Assembly: GCA_951406725.2 (NCBI GenBank)
Contig: OX597819.1
Coordinates: 48,608,001 to 48,672,000, forward strand
DNA: 64,000 nt
Source of the DNA: Octopus vulgaris
Lineage: Eukaryota
Reading direction: 5' to 3'
A program made the translations under genes and the position numbers. The number at the start of each line of letters is the position of its first letter. The stretch's first letter is position 1. This document shows, piece by piece, positions 27,145-41,251 of this stretch. The notes beneath the pieces were generated by a model. That model searched no databases, was not told the origin of the DNA, and worked only from the letters and a program-made list of their open reading frames with translations.

Positions 27145-27738
27145 ATAATTTTCAGTATTGCCTAGTTACTAAATACTAAATCTTTAGACTCACTTTATGT
27201 TAATTTCCTCTGGCTCTTTCCAAATTACAGCTGAAGCTCCAAAGTTAAAATCATTTATCCTTAATATTATTTGTGCTGAATGCTGAAGGTAAGAAACTGT
27301 TGATCAGAAATCAGAAATTTTAAATTGTTGGTCAAAACATTTCAAAGAAGTTATTAGATTTTCCTCAATAAAAAGAAAAAAAAAAAAATGAATTGTCACA
27401 AATTGAAATCAGTGAAGAGTTAAATAACCTGTCTAGCTTCACAGAAATCTTTAATGCAACCAAACAATTGTAGAATGTTAAAACACCAGTGTCTGATGTC
27501 CGCTTTGCTGAAGCTAATGAACTAGATAGAAATGTATTAATTAATTTGTGAGGAGTACTGCTTTATTTGTTTTTGGTGAAGGGGAAGGTGATACCCCAAG
27601 AATTTAAAGACAATTCTGTCATCTTTGTGTACAAATAAAAAGAAAACAGACAGTGATGCAACTATAATAGAGAGATCTTGTTTCTATCAACATGCACGCG
27701 CATGTGTATGTATATGTGTGTATGTGTGTGTTTGCGTA

Positions 27739-27782
<44 letters not shown>

Positions 27783-28264
27783 TGAGAATATGTATATGTA
27801 TTGTGTGTGTGTATCTGTGAATGTATGATATATTTTGCTTAAGTATTATGAGACTAATAACCTGGTGTAGAATTCAGTATACATATGCTTCAGAATGAAA
27901 TGTTAGTTGAGTATGGAGTGGTGATAAGAAAATGCTATGCCAAAGGAATAAACAATTATCTTATGACTTCCATTAGCTTACAGCTGTTTCTGCTACAAAC
28001 TGCAGAGGACTCATAGTTGAGTGCCCGAGTAACACCTTATAGCTATGAATATGTAAATATTTCTAATTGCAAAACAGCCTCCTTATATTTAGCAAAACAT
28101 ATGCCCTTATCTAATATACTCCTCTCCTCCATAATAGCACCAATCATTTATTTTCTTCCAGAATTAGTGATGTTTAAAATGGCAAACATTTCCAATAGAG
28201 GACTGAAACCTAGTTACAGTTATTTTGTAGAATTTACTACAAACTTGTGTGTGTGTGTGTGTGC

Positions 28265-28295
<31 letters not shown>

Positions 28296-28304
28296 TGTGT
28301 GTAT

Positions 28305-28615
28305 TTTTCTCATAAGGTATTGGAATCTTACATGTATACCATTCTGCCTAAAAAATGGATCTACAAATTCAATATCCCTACATATCTCAAATCTATTTTC
28401 TTTCCTCCACCTCACTCTCTATTTTGTATCCCATCTAAATTAATTATTACTTAACCATCCTCTCACACCGTTTCCGATGAAGGGAGATAATTTTATAAAT
28501 ATCCTGGAAACAGCTATAAGACCTATCAATAAATGTTCTAATATCTACACAGCCTTGGTTTTTTATGTCATTACACAAAAAATTCTGAATAATTGTCACA
28601 TATTATTTTACAGAT
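28305..28615 (+). mobile_element. Hammerhead-bearing module, copy 1 (copy 2 at 43515-43910)
   Basis: Shared sequence from ctcataaggtattggaat; CCGATGA..GAAACAGCTATA at 28474-28518; ends at (TA)n. Confidence 0.65.
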
Positions 28616-29436
28616 ATATATATATATATAATACAAAATGGGACAAGAATGCAAAACATCCGGACAACTAGGTGATACAAAAAGGGACAACAAAACATCC
28701 AGATAGATGATACAAAAAAAAGGACGGGTCATTCAAAGCTTTCTATCCTCAGTCAAGAACTGGATCATCCTTGCAATTTCGGCCGATTTATCTTGAGATT
28801 GCTCCAATCTGGCCACCCCCAAGGAAAAACTAAGCTGAGAGCATTAGATTCTTTGGAAGAAAGCATCAAATGTATATGAAATCAAGGATGGAAAAACAGA
28901 CGATGTTACACGAATATAAATACAAAATACAATAAAATTAATAATAATAATAACAGGACATAACAGCAGACAGAACTGGGGATGAATTGAATTCAGCTGG
29001 CGTGTGTGGAAATGAAACCTTACGGCAGAGATACAAAACTTTCACAAACACAGGGAAGAATGTCGATGTGGCAGTGACCACAGTCAGATGCAAAAAGAGG
29101 GCTAGCAGTCTGGCTTATATATATATATATATAGCCCTAATTCTGAAATGCGCGTCCACGGATGACCAGACATTGATTGATTTTCGTTGCTTTACTCTCT
29201 GCCTCTGTGAATTATTTTCAAGTATTTTGGTTTCTCTAGGAGTCCCTTTTTAAAGTAGAAGAAACAGCTAAGATTTTTGGCTGCTATTTCTAAACTTTGG
29301 TATGTGGTAAAGCAAATCTTTGCTGAACCCTTTTATTAAGTATTACTTGAGTTTACCGTGAAATGGTCCTTTTTCATACTGAATTCTACTTGGTGAAATT
29401 ATTGATTACTTCTTAATTAATTAATTTTACCCTTTG

Positions 29437-29477
<41 letters not shown>

Positions 29478-29493
29478 TACATACATAAATATA

Positions 29494-29531
<38 letters not shown>

Positions 29532-29547
29532 TGAACATGCATACATA

Positions 29548-29762
29548 TAAAGGGGTGCTCAGCAGTTTCTGGCTTTGTGTAAGAGAAAATAAGGACAATC
29601 AGTTAATTATGATTCTATTCAACATATTCTCTTCGCAGATGTACACACTTATTCCAGCAGTCCTCTAATTTTTCCAAGCCCTCTAAAAGAACTTAGGAGG
29701 TTGGACCTACAACCAAACCTTTCACAATACCCTTACAGCCAGGAACTTTTTAGAACCCTCTA
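29548..29762 (-). mobile_element. Mariner-derived MITE
   Basis: Degenerate TIRs aggggtgctcagcagtttctggct / agccaggaactttttagaaccctc with TA flanks; matches 3741-3947. Confidence 0.7.
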
Positions 29763-29765
29763 ATT

Positions 29766-29807
<42 letters not shown>

Positions 29808-29809
29808 TA

Positions 29810-30010
29810 TATATGTTTCAACCAAAGATTGGTTCAGGCTATGTCTAACTCAATAGCACCACCTGATAGGATTTGCTAAATCCTTTTCAAATTAAGTTTT
29901 ATTTATGGTCCATTCAAGTAGTGAGTTCTTGTTGAGTGAGTCATATCTAGGTATGGGTGGCTTATCCAGTATTCCTTGAAGAAATCTGTCCAGAATCCAT
30001 TTAAAGGTGA
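29810..30010 (-). mobile_element. CR1/L2-group LINE 3' end
   Basis: FKWILDRFLQGILDKPPIPRYDSLNKNSLLEW C-terminal motif. Confidence 0.55.
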
Positions 30011-30199
30011 TATATATATATATTCTGTAAATAATAATAATGGTATTTTTTTATGAGCTTAAAGCTTATAGTGATCACTGTGCAAATGACTAAGGAAAAT
30101 AGTTCAACAAAACCATTCGCACCGAAATACACACACACACAGATAGATAGATAGATAGAAAGATATATATATATATATATTTACATATGTATGTACATT

Positions 30200-30282
<83 letters not shown>

Positions 30283-30284
30283 AC

Positions 30285-30316
<32 letters not shown>

Positions 30317-30418
30317 GTGTGTATGTATGTATATATATATATATGCAAATATATGTACATACATACATACATATATATATATACATATATATATGTAAAT
30401 ATATATACATATATATAT

Positions 30419-30460
<42 letters not shown>

Positions 30461-30849
30461 TGTACACATAATGTGTTTTGTTAGTGTTTCTAAGACTATA
30501 CATACAAGTACAAGAGAAAGCAACAACATGTAAAACACTGATAATGTTTTATTTTTTGTCTTTCCTTTGCCTAAGTTTTTGATATAAATAGAATTAACAA
30601 AGACTGCGTGTCTCTGTTGTGATATGTTTAGTCATTGTCTGTCACCTTACTGCCAAATCTATATTAGGTCCATCGATTAGTATGACATTACAGCAATGAA
30701 GACACATAGCCAGATAGATTATACAAAAAGGAAAGAGAGAGAGAGAGGTGTAAGTGGAGCAATAATGTCTAGAATTGTCTTTAGAAATATTGATTTCTTT
30801 TGAACGGGCACAAGGCCAATGTTTATAGACTGATTGGCATGAAGTTGCC

Positions 30850-31145
30850 CTCCAACTCACTCCAGCCACTGTCCAACAAACATCCTGGTTCCTCTCTCTG
30901 CATTTTTTATACTGCTTCTATTGTGGCCTCTGCTCCTCAGAGCTGATTGGTCTTATTCCACTACTGCTTAAGCACTACAGATCTGATTAATTCATGTCTC
31001 CTCTTCTTATCATCCATATTGTGTGCACAGCTACTCCCAAGCTCTGTAGTTGCTACCCTATCCAATCCTTCTTCCTCAGATCCCCCTGGAATTCCTTTCC
31101 TATCCATGTTTTCCCTTAAGCCATAGTTTAAGAGGAACATTAATC
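30850..31145 (+). mobile_element. CR1/Jockey-group LINE 3' remnant
   Basis: HPYCV..SFFLRSPWNSFPIHVFP C-terminal motif. Confidence 0.5.
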
Positions 31146-31335
31146 ATGATAGGCATGGTGATGTAGTTGAGAAGCTCACTTTGCAATCACATGGTTTCAG
31201 GTTCAGTCCCACTATGCAATGCCTTGGGTAAGTGTTTTCTGCTATAGCCTTAAGCCAACCAATTACTTGTGAGTGAATTTGGTAGTCAGCCGGAAACTGT
31301 CTGGAAGCCTGTCATATACATCTGCATGTATGTAC

Positions 31336-31366
<31 letters not shown>

Positions 31367-31614
31367 TGTATGTATGTGTATATAAATGTATTGTCATATG
31401 TGCATGCATGCACACACACACACACACACAAACACACATGTATTATTTAACCAGCAGAAGTTATAAAGTGACTCAAAAGCAGAAAAATTTAATTAGTGCC
31501 TATGCATCAAACTCCTGGTTTTGAATTACTTTGTAATTTCTGCCAATTGCACATATATATATGTACACTCATATTTGGAGTTCTATTTCCTGTTTGTATT
31601 ACCAAACTTATATA

Positions 31615-32480
31615 TAGGAATGTTATTTGGTATAAGCCCCCATTTTAGTAGTTCAGTGAAAAACTCACTGACCAAGGAGCTTTTTGAGAGCCTCAGTGGA
31701 AACTTCCCCTCTCCTCCAGCCAGTAGAAACCATCAAATATTTAATCACAACATGGTTAAGCTGTCATACTCCATCCCTTCTAACAGACATAATCCCTACA
31801 TAACAGACTAAAACTAATAGGCCAGATAAACAGGCCTCCACATTCAAATGGAGTTTCCAACACTATAGTAGTCCCCCTGAGCATAAGGGTATTGATGATA
31901 CCTCTCCCTGATAACTGGAGCAACCCTGTCAGCGATACCTCCACTCTTAATATATGTTACTCCATTGGGCTGGGGCACTACCGCCTAACACCATTCTTCA
32001 GAGCTCTATCACAGCTGGGGTCCATCCACACCCAACTGATCATCCTCTAATGAGGTGTGAGCCTGTAAGTCCTGCCAATTTAGGCCTGTACACATGTAAC
32101 TGTAGTGACTCTAGAACCTGCTCACTGAATAGGAAATGTCTGAGGTAAAACATGGTCTATAAGTGCACAGTGGGAACACCTAATGCCATTAGGTACTATA
32201 TTGGATCCTGCTGGCCTCATTAAGAGAAGGATTTCTGCCCTCCTACATTTCATTACCAACATCAGGCTTTGGTTGGTCATATCCCAAGCCAAATACATAT
32301 TCAAGTTCAAGCTGAAAGGAATCAAATTTAAAATCAATTGGTCAATTATTAAAGCAGTTCCTCTCCATCACCTCCTGGGCATTGGTGTGAGCTTTGAAAG
32401 GCAATTGCCAGTATTACAGCAGATGATCCATTCCTACTCAATAAGCATGATGAGCTGGTGATTAATTGCAAACACCACCT
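31615..32480 (+). mobile_element. Penelope-like element remnant (linker plus GIY-YIG)
   Basis: PHFSSSVKN..NHQIFNHNMVKLSYS; CNCSDSRTCSLNRKCL; VYKCTV; LKGIKFKINWSII. Confidence 0.8.
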
Positions 32481-33108
32481 ATGCAAGATAGTCTGCACTT
32501 AATACCTATGCAAGATAGTCTGCATCTTTTTATTAGTACCCTCTGTCCTTCCTCTTCCCTCACTCTGCATGATTAGCTGCATTTTGTCCATCTTTACATT
32601 CTGATGTCAACTTTGCCTTTCATCTTTTTGCAGTCAATGAAATAAGTACCAGTGAAGCACTGGAGTTGATGTAATCAACTTATCCCTTCCCACCAAAATT
32701 TCATACCTTGTGCCTATAGTACTAAGGATCATTATCATCATCATCATCATTGTAACAATTCTTGTTATGTTTTATTTTATTTTTATTTATTTTTATTTAT
32801 TTTATCTAGTTTCAGCTCACGAGCTGTGGCCATGCTGGGGTACCGCCATGTGTATATATAATATATATAATATACTTGATAACATTATTATGGGGTTGAT
32901 ATGTGTAAGTGTATATATGCATGTGTATGTGTGTATATTTATGGTTTATATATATGTATATATGTGTTATATGTGTGTATGTATGTATGTATGTATGTAT
33001 GTATGTATGTATGTATGTATGTTTGTGTGTGTGTATATATATATATATATATACATATACACAGTAGAATAATAAAGAGAAAATTCTTAGTACAGCATTA
33101 TATATACT

Positions 33109-33382
33109 TGAAAGAATGAATAGAGATGGCTTTTTTGAGGAGATAATTTTTATTTTAATCTTAATAATAATGTTTACAGTGAGTTTGATATGATTTTCAA
33201 GCTTCTCATAGCCGTTTTCAAATTGAAAACATACATTTTTCAATTTGAAAATGGCCACGAGAAGCTTGAAACTCATATCAGAGTAACTCACTGTAAACAT
33301 TATTAAGATGAAAATAAACATTATTATTAAGATTAAAATAAAAATTATCTCCTCAAAAAAGCCATCTCTATGCATTCTTTCA
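33109..33382. repeat. Foldback, about 120 bp arms
   Basis: tgaaagaatgaatagagatggc... mirrored by ...gccatctctatgcattctttca. Confidence 0.9.
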
Positions 33383-33389
33383 TATATAC

Positions 33390-33740
33390 TCTTTTACTCT
33401 TTTACTGCGGCCATGCTGGAGCACTGCCTTTAATTGAGCAACTCGACCCTGGGACTTATTCTTTTGTAAGCCAAGTACTTATTCTATCGGTCTCTTTTGC
33501 CGAACCGCTAAGTAACGTGGACATAAACACACCAGCATCGGTTGTCAAGCACAAATACACACACGCATATATATATATATATATATATACGACGGGCTTC
33601 TTTCAGTTTCCGTCTACCAAATCCACTCACAAGGCTTTGGTCGGCCTGAGGCTATAGCAGAAGACACTTGCCCAAGGTGCCACGCAGTGGGACTGAACCA
33701 TGTGGTTGGTAAACAAGCTACTTACCACACAGCCACTCCT
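33390..33740 (-). mobile_element. tRNA-derived SINE family B with internal microsatellite
   Basis: Matches 46935-47400; other copies 43940-44295, 46110-46527, 55366-55772, 58480-58905. Confidence 0.85.
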
Positions 33741-33750
33741 ATATGTATAT

Positions 33751-33803
<53 letters not shown>

Positions 33804-33805
<2 letters not shown>

Positions 33806-34340
33806 CATCATCATCATCATAGTTTAATGTCCCTTTTCCATGCTAGCATGGGTTGGATGGTTTGATTGGGGTCTGGCAAGTCAGGAGGCTGCACCAGGCT
33901 CCAGTCTGATCTGGTAGTGTTTCTACAGCTGGATGCCCTTCTTAACACCAACCACTCTGTGAGTGTAGTGGGTGCTTTTTACATGTCACTGGCACAGGTG
34001 CCAGGGGAGGCTGGCAATGGCCACGATCGGTTGGTGTTTTTTACGTGCCACCGGCACGGAAGCCAGTCAAGGCAGCGCTGGCATTGGCCACGTTCGGAAT
34101 GTGCTTTTTATGTGCCACTGGCATGGGTATCACAACTACAATTTCCATTTGATTTTTATTTTGATGTTGATGTACTTGACTTAATAGGTCTCCTCAAGCA
34201 CAGCAGGTCACCCTACGATCCAAGGTAAGCACAGTAGGCCGTCTTGCGATCCAAGGTACTTTGGATGGGCTGGGTCTGCTCACGTTATTTGTTGGGTCTT
34301 CGCAGTTACAGCATGTCTCCATAGGTCTCGGTCTTTTGTC
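33804..34340 (-). mobile_element. RTE 3' end (last codons, UTR, tail)
   Basis: TKDRDLWRHAVTAKT, internal units, (cat)n. Confidence 0.85.
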
Positions 34341-34941
34341 AATATATATGTGTGTGTGTGTGTGTGCATATATGCATATATGTATGTGTGTGTCTGTGTC
34401 TGTGTGTGCATCTGTGAGTGTGAGCATGTACATGCGTATCTGTATCCTATGTGTACATGTGAGTATTTGACTGGATGTATCACAAACCCTAGCAGCATTT
34501 AGAACCCTTTAAATGCCTTTCCAGCCCCCAGATGTATTATCTACTCACTTGCCTGTCTTCTCTTTCAGAAAGTTACATAAATGTGATTTTTGTCCCTACA
34601 TTTAGGTCAGTGGCTCACCCCGATTCTTTCCAACACCAGTCCACATTTGTGGTTGTGAGGGCTTGTGATCCAACCCAACTTTCTCCTCCTCCCCTTCCCC
34701 CGCTCCTTTTGCATCTCTTGGGTATTTAACCCCACTTAAATGTGGATGTTCTGCACCAAAAGCCAATTTGAAAGTTTTTCTCATGGTATCTACTACAGTA
34801 TAATTTGTTCTCATAGAACAACTATGTTTAAGTAGGGATAAATATTACCGCTTGGTATTAATATTCCCTCTGTTGCTAATATATATTTTTGGGGTATTTA
34901 AATATGTTATTGCATGTCTGTGACTTGCAATTCCTATTTTC

Positions 34942-35180
34942 ATCTGTCTGAAGGAGTGCCTGGTTATGCATACTGCCCTTATGAGGTGCATCTATGCATT
35001 GCATTAACATTGTAGCATCATATGTTACAGAATAAAAATTAAAAATAAATGTGCCCTTTTTAAAGCCTAGCTAGGCTCATGGGCCCAGTTTCCTGGTTTC
35101 TATGGCGTATGTGTTCCCCAGCTGGACAGGACGCCAGTCCATCGCAGATGTTACAGAATACTGAAACATATGTAACAGAT
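34942..35180 (+). ncRNA. Hammerhead motif interrupted by a SINE 3' fragment
   Basis: atctgt/acagat stem I, CTGAAGG, agtg/tact, GAAAC-ATAT-GTA; insert 35035-35147 with 13 bp TSD. Confidence 0.65.
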
Positions 35181-36191
35181 TAAAGAAAGAAGTACCCAGT
35201 TCAAGCCCATGTTCTTTTCTCTCCCAATATAAAACTCAACAATCATATTTAATTTAAAATCATCAAAACACAGAGAATATATGAGTCAAAAAAGCAGCCT
35301 GTACATGATCTTTCAATGTGCTAGAAAAAGCGACCAAACTTCTTTAAATCAATCCCAATTATCTTCAAAGAAACTGAAGGACACATTAGGTAGTGTAGTC
35401 CTAGACATGTAAAAAAACAAGATGATCATAACAGGAATACCCTTGATCATAGGTTCATTGATTAGGCCTCCCCTGGGACTAAACAACGACAACAACAACA
35501 GATCACACTTTACAGATGCAACTGACCAATACAACCACTTTGTCATTGCTCAACCTGCTAAAAATAGCAGCAAGATTTTCTCCAGATTGCACCATGTTGT
35601 CTTCAAAAGTACAGGATACATTGGACAGTCCTGGATATACTATGTCTGAAAAGAAAAAAAAAAAAAAAGAAACATGCATTTGATTACTTTTACTGAATCA
35701 GGCCAGACCTGAAGCTAATTAACAGCAACAGCTGACTATCCTATGCTGACTAAATTATTCTAAGAAAAAGCATTTAAGTCTTCTCATTACTCTGTGCTTT
35801 TATTATATAACCGCAATGTTTGTGTATATGCAGCTATGAATTCCAGTGAGTATCATTAACTCAGTAATTACTATGATAGAGGCATAATTATTCTAAGTAC
35901 TCTTTGCATTTTTCTTTTATCTTTTACTCATTTTAGTCATTGGATTGCAGCCATGCTGGGGCACCACATTGAAGGGTATTTAGTTGAATAAATAAGTCCC
36001 AGAACTTATTTTTCAAAAAATCTTATTCTATTGGTTTCTTTTTCCGAACTGTTAAGTTATGGGGATGTAAACAAACTGACACTGGTTGTTAAATGTTGAC
36101 ACAAAGACAGAGAGGGGGAAGGAGGGCAGGAGAGAGGGAGGGAGAGTGAAAAGGAAAGGGAGGGAGAGGAGAGGGAGAGTGAGAGGGAAAG

Positions 36192-36224
<33 letters not shown>

Positions 36225-36544
36225 AAGAAAGAGGGAGAGAGAGCTGGAAGAAATACCTCAAGGCTTTTTGGTACTCTAATGATTTTGCCAATCCATTTTT
36301 CTTGATAATTGCTTCTAGTTTAGAAGCAAGGCTAGCATTTTTGAGGGGAGAGAGCAGCTGAGTACAATTAACCCTCAGTATCTGACTGGTACTTTGAAAG
36401 GATGAATGACAAAGTCAACCTCAGCAGAGTTTGAACTCAGAGTGTAAAGCTAGAAGGAATGCTGCTAAGCATTTTTCCTGACATGCTAGCAATTTTACCA
36501 GCTTGCCACCTTGACAAATAACAACATCAGCAATAAAAATGATG

Positions 36545-36597
<53 letters not shown>

Positions 36598-36600
<3 letters not shown>

Positions 36601-37433
36601 GGACTAAACTAAATGCAAAAGAAATAGACAAAGAAAAATCCCAGTGATGGTTGAGAAGCTCAGGACTCAAAGTAGAGACGGAGGGATTTTTAATTGCAGC
36701 ACAAGACCAAAGCCTCCCCACCAGAAATTACCAAAAAACATATAATGAAAAGAAACATAACAAGTAGCTGCAGAATATGTGGAGATGGACAAGAAACAAT
36801 AAATCATATTATCTCTGGCTGCCCAGTCCTGGCTAAGAAGGAATGTATTCACAGACATGACAGAGTTGGGACCTACATACACTGGAAGCTATGCCCACAT
36901 TATGGAATAACAACAGAAAAAAGATGGTATAAGCACACACCAGAAAAGATCACAGAAAACGAGAAAGCAACCATACTCTAGGATATGCCAATACACACAG
37001 ATAGAGAAATTATGTCCAACAGGCCAGCTATAGTTGTCAGAGATCATGAAGAAAAAAAATGCTTTCTAATTGATGTATCAATATCAGTAGATATCAACGT
37101 GTCTCTAAAATAAATGGAGAAACTTTCAAAATCCAAAGACCTGGAAATAGAGGTAACTCGAATGTGGAATCTAAAAACAGAAACAATCCCTATCAGTAGG
37201 CGCATTAGGTATGATAAAAAAATATTCAGACAAATACATAACAAAAACACCAGGACTTACAAACACATATAACATACAGAAAATTGCACTACTGGGCACT
37301 GCACACACCCTACTCAAAACACTTTCAATACAGTAACCATCAAAGCATCACAACAAATCACAGCACATACCCAAGGCACACAGGGCTGCGCTCAGTAGTG
37401 AAGTGAAAGCACACTATAAAAATAAAACTACTG
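36598..37433 (+). mobile_element. R4/Dong-like non-LTR retrotransposon, 5'-truncated
   Basis: ETEGFLIAAQDQ, CCHC knuckle CRICGDGQETINHIISGC, RHD, RPAIV..LIDVS, KIALLGTAH; (taa)n on both sides. Confidence 0.9.
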
Positions 37434-37453
37434 AATAATAATAATAATAATAA

Positions 37454-37875
37454 AATGCCCTGATGCAGTACCAGGCAGTGGCTCTCGTGGCCTCTGATCT
37501 TAACTAATTGGAAGTGTTATCATGTACATTGGTTTGTCTTGGTATAAAAGATGGGCTACAGCAAATATTCTACTCAATACCACAGATTTGCTTGTCAGTT
37601 GTTTGACCTTAACCAGTTGAACATGTTCCTTAGTGACTGATGATATGTGCATCTCTGATCATGAGCAGAAGTAGTGGGGGAGCATCATAGTCATGTGTTT
37701 AGAGGGATTCTTTGGGGTTTGAATAATTCACCTCTGGAAACATGGGTGTTTCGTTCAACATTCTTAAACAACCCTTATTCAGGGACCTTTTGAGTGGGAT
37801 TGGTTACTCGGCCAGAAGAAAATTCTAACTGGGCCCCACCTGCAAAGTCATATGCTGTTTATCTTGATATCAGAT
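37454..37875 (+). mobile_element. (TAA)n-associated non-coding element, 3'-truncated copy
   Basis: Matches 26540-27073. Confidence 0.75.
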
Positions 37876-38068
37876 ATAAGTAATTAAGGGTTTAGCAACG
37901 ATTTGCCTCACCACACACCGAATTTAGAAATAGCAGTCAAAAAGTTTTGGCTATTCTTTCTACTTAAAAGGGAGATCCCAGTAAAACTAAAGCACTTAAA
38001 AAGCAAACAACGCAGGCAAAAGAGAAAGAAATGACGAAAATCATTCTATATTAATTCTATGATAATTG

Positions 38069-38109
<41 letters not shown>

Positions 38110-38113
38110 ACAC

Positions 38114-38325
38114 AACAATTGCAGCATGGAAGGTGTTTATAAGCCATTTAAGAAACACACAAAAGCTGTTCGATTCACTTCAACATTTAAGTTTAATTTG
38201 TCAAAATATTTTCGTCGCTAAAATCCGCGACCTGTTCACTGACAAAGTCCGTGCTGCATCGTGAATCGAACGGCTTTTGTGTGTTTCTTAAATGGCTTAT
38301 AAACACCTTCCACGCTGCAATTGTT
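38114..38325. repeat. Foldback with 65 bp arms and a structured loop
   Basis: aacaattgcagcatggaagg..gattcac / gtgaatc..gctgcaattgtt; between (TA)n tracts. Confidence 0.9.
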
Positions 38326-38379
38326 TTCGTTTCAGCACACGATCTCAGATCAAATTACTTGCTATGCGAGTACATCTCC

Positions 38380-38428
<49 letters not shown>

Positions 38429-38429
38429 C

Positions 38430-38501
<72 letters not shown>

Positions 38502-38753
38502 GTGCGTGTGTGTGTGTGTCTGTGCATCTGTGTTTAAACATACATATAGTGTGAAATGCATAGCAGTATTTTGTCCGTAATCATGTTCTGAGTTCAAATT
38601 CTGCCCAGGTCGACTTCGCCTTTCATCCTTTCGGGATAGATTAAATAAGTACCAGTTATGCACAGGGGTCAATGTAATCAACTTAATCCCCTCCCCACAA
38701 GCTGTGCTTGTGGCATAAATTTGAAATCATGCTTATTATCATCATCATCATCA

Positions 38754-38808
<55 letters not shown>

Positions 38809-39477
38809 TTATTATTATCATCATCATCATTATTACTTCATGAGATATCTTGTTTTTCACCTGTAAGTATATGAAAAATTTGATTCTTCTGAACTTTCAA
38901 CTGACAAAGGTTTCACATTAGCAAAAGTGTTATATGAAGCAAGAATACGCTTAAAACTTGACTATATGTATGTGTGTATCTTTGTGCATTTGCACCCATG
39001 TATGTATGTATGTGCACGCATGCATGTGCATATGTGCATCACAACCTGCCTTCCACATCTTATCTTTGCTCTGCACCACCATCAATCTTTCCCATCATCA
39101 CTTTTGCTTCTGCTTCTACCATCTTCATATAATTCCTATTATCTCTTTCCCCACTGCTGTTTGCTTTCCCCCCCTCATTTCCTTCGCCTTCTTTTTCTTC
39201 CTCCTCCTCCTCCTCCTCTTCCTTCTCCTCGTAACCTTCATATCAGTCCCTCCCACCATGATCTCCTCTCCAACCTGTTCCCTCTTATATTACCTCCCTC
39301 CCCCTCCTCTTATACTCTCCCCTGTACATGCCAGCTATTTCCTATCACATTTTCTCCTCTCAATCATCTGGTGTCTCCATAAATAGTCAGAAGCAGACAG
39401 GAGAAAGAGGAGTGGAGGGTGGAAGGGGGGTGTGTTTAAAATAAAAGGAAAAAGTCTGAATCAAAAATTCAAATGAA

Positions 39478-39760
39478 AACCACTACTACTACTGCTGCTG
39501 CTGCTGCCACTGCTGCTGCTGCCACTGCTGCTGCTGCCACTGCTGCTGCTGCCACTGCTGCTGCTGCCACTGCTGCTGCCACTGCTACTACTACTGCCAC
39601 CACCACTACCACCACCACCACCACCACCAAAACCACCACCACCACCACCATGATCACCACTGCTGCCACCACTACCATGTTCACTGCTATTATTACTATA
39701 GCTGCTGTTGCTGCTGCTGCTGCTACTACTACAACTACTACTACTACTACTACTACTACA

Positions 39761-39819
<59 letters not shown>

Positions 39820-39859
39820 CACGACTATTACCACAACAACTGCTATCATGGCTACTACC

Positions 39860-39894
<35 letters not shown>

Positions 39895-40019
39895 CTACTA
39901 CTACTACTAACAACATCACTACTATTACAATGATGATGACAACGACGACCACCACCATGACTACTAACCGCCATCACTACAGCCAGAACTACTTCTATTA
40001 CTACCACGACAACTACAAC

Positions 40020-40068
<49 letters not shown>

Positions 40069-40070
40069 AA
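39478..40070. repeat. Compound trinucleotide array (CTG/CCA/CTA/GAT)
   Basis: Directly visible. Confidence 0.95.
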
Positions 40071-40701
40071 ATAACAATAAATACACAAAGAGGAAGGGAG
40101 AAAAGATATTTACATTCTCCTTACAGGAATAAGGTGAAATATCTATTTAATGTCAAAGTTCTTTAGACACCATTGATGGAGACTTTAAAATGTGTCTACA
40201 TATTATTATTATTATCATCATCATCATCATCTATCATTATTATCATTATTATCATTATTATTGTAGTAGATTTTTACCTGAAGCCTGGTGTTGAAAAGCC
40301 TTCAAGCCATACGAGTTATAGTAATTTAGAATATGATAATTTGTGGAAGAAAAAGATCATATTAGATTTGGAGTTGATTGATTTATATTATATATGAAAG
40401 AATGTGTGGATTGAATATTTTTATCCTTAACTCTTTCATTATCATATATCTGTGGAAATACCTGTCTTTTATGAGTTTCAGTCATTAGACTGCGGCCATG
40501 ATGGAGCATCACTTTGAAAACTTTTAGTTGAATGAATCGACCCCCCCACCCCCAGTCTTTATTTTCTGTTTAAGCCTGGTACTTATTCTGTTAGTTGCTT
40601 TTTGCTAAGTTATAGGGATGTAAACAAACCAACACTGGTTGTTGAGCAGTGGTGGGGGACAAACACAGACACAAAGACACACATTCATATATATATATAT
40701 A

Positions 40702-41178
40702 TCATCATCATCATCATCATCATTTAACATCCGTTTTCCATGCTAGCATGTGTTGGACGGTTCGACCAGGGTCTGGAAGCCATGCAGGCTGCACCAGGCT
40801 CTAGTCTGTTTTGGCAGTGTTTCTATAGCTGGATGCCCTTCCTAACGCCAACCACTCTGGTTCAGAGCAGGTTGGCAAACGGCCACAATCAGTTGGTGCT
40901 TTTACGTGTCACCGACACGGATGCCAGTCAGGCGGCGCTGGCATCTGCCATGTTCGGACAGTACTTTTTACGTGTCACTGGCACGGGTGTCTTAACTACA
41001 AATTATATATATATTAAAACACCCAGTACACTCGCGGAGTGGTGGCGTTAGGAAGGGCATCCAGCTGTAGAAACACTGCCAGACTAGACTGGAGCCTGGG
41101 CGTCGAGCTCCCCAGACCCGGTCGAAACCGTCCAATAGCGCGGAAAACGGACGTTAACGATGATGATGATGATGATGA

Positions 41179-41182
<4 letters not shown>
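40702..41182. mobile_element. Two divergently oriented RTE tails
   Basis: (cat)n reverse tail 40702-41000, short TA run, forward tail 41015-41182. Confidence 0.8.

Positions 41183-41251
<69 letters not shown>

Noticed and set aside
27975-28100. Minus-strand GAAACAGCTGTA hammerhead half
   Set aside because: No recognisable CTGANGA partner.
39461-40088. Ser/Gly/Thr-rich ORFs
   Set aside because: Translations of trinucleotide arrays open in several frames; no splice or domain evidence.
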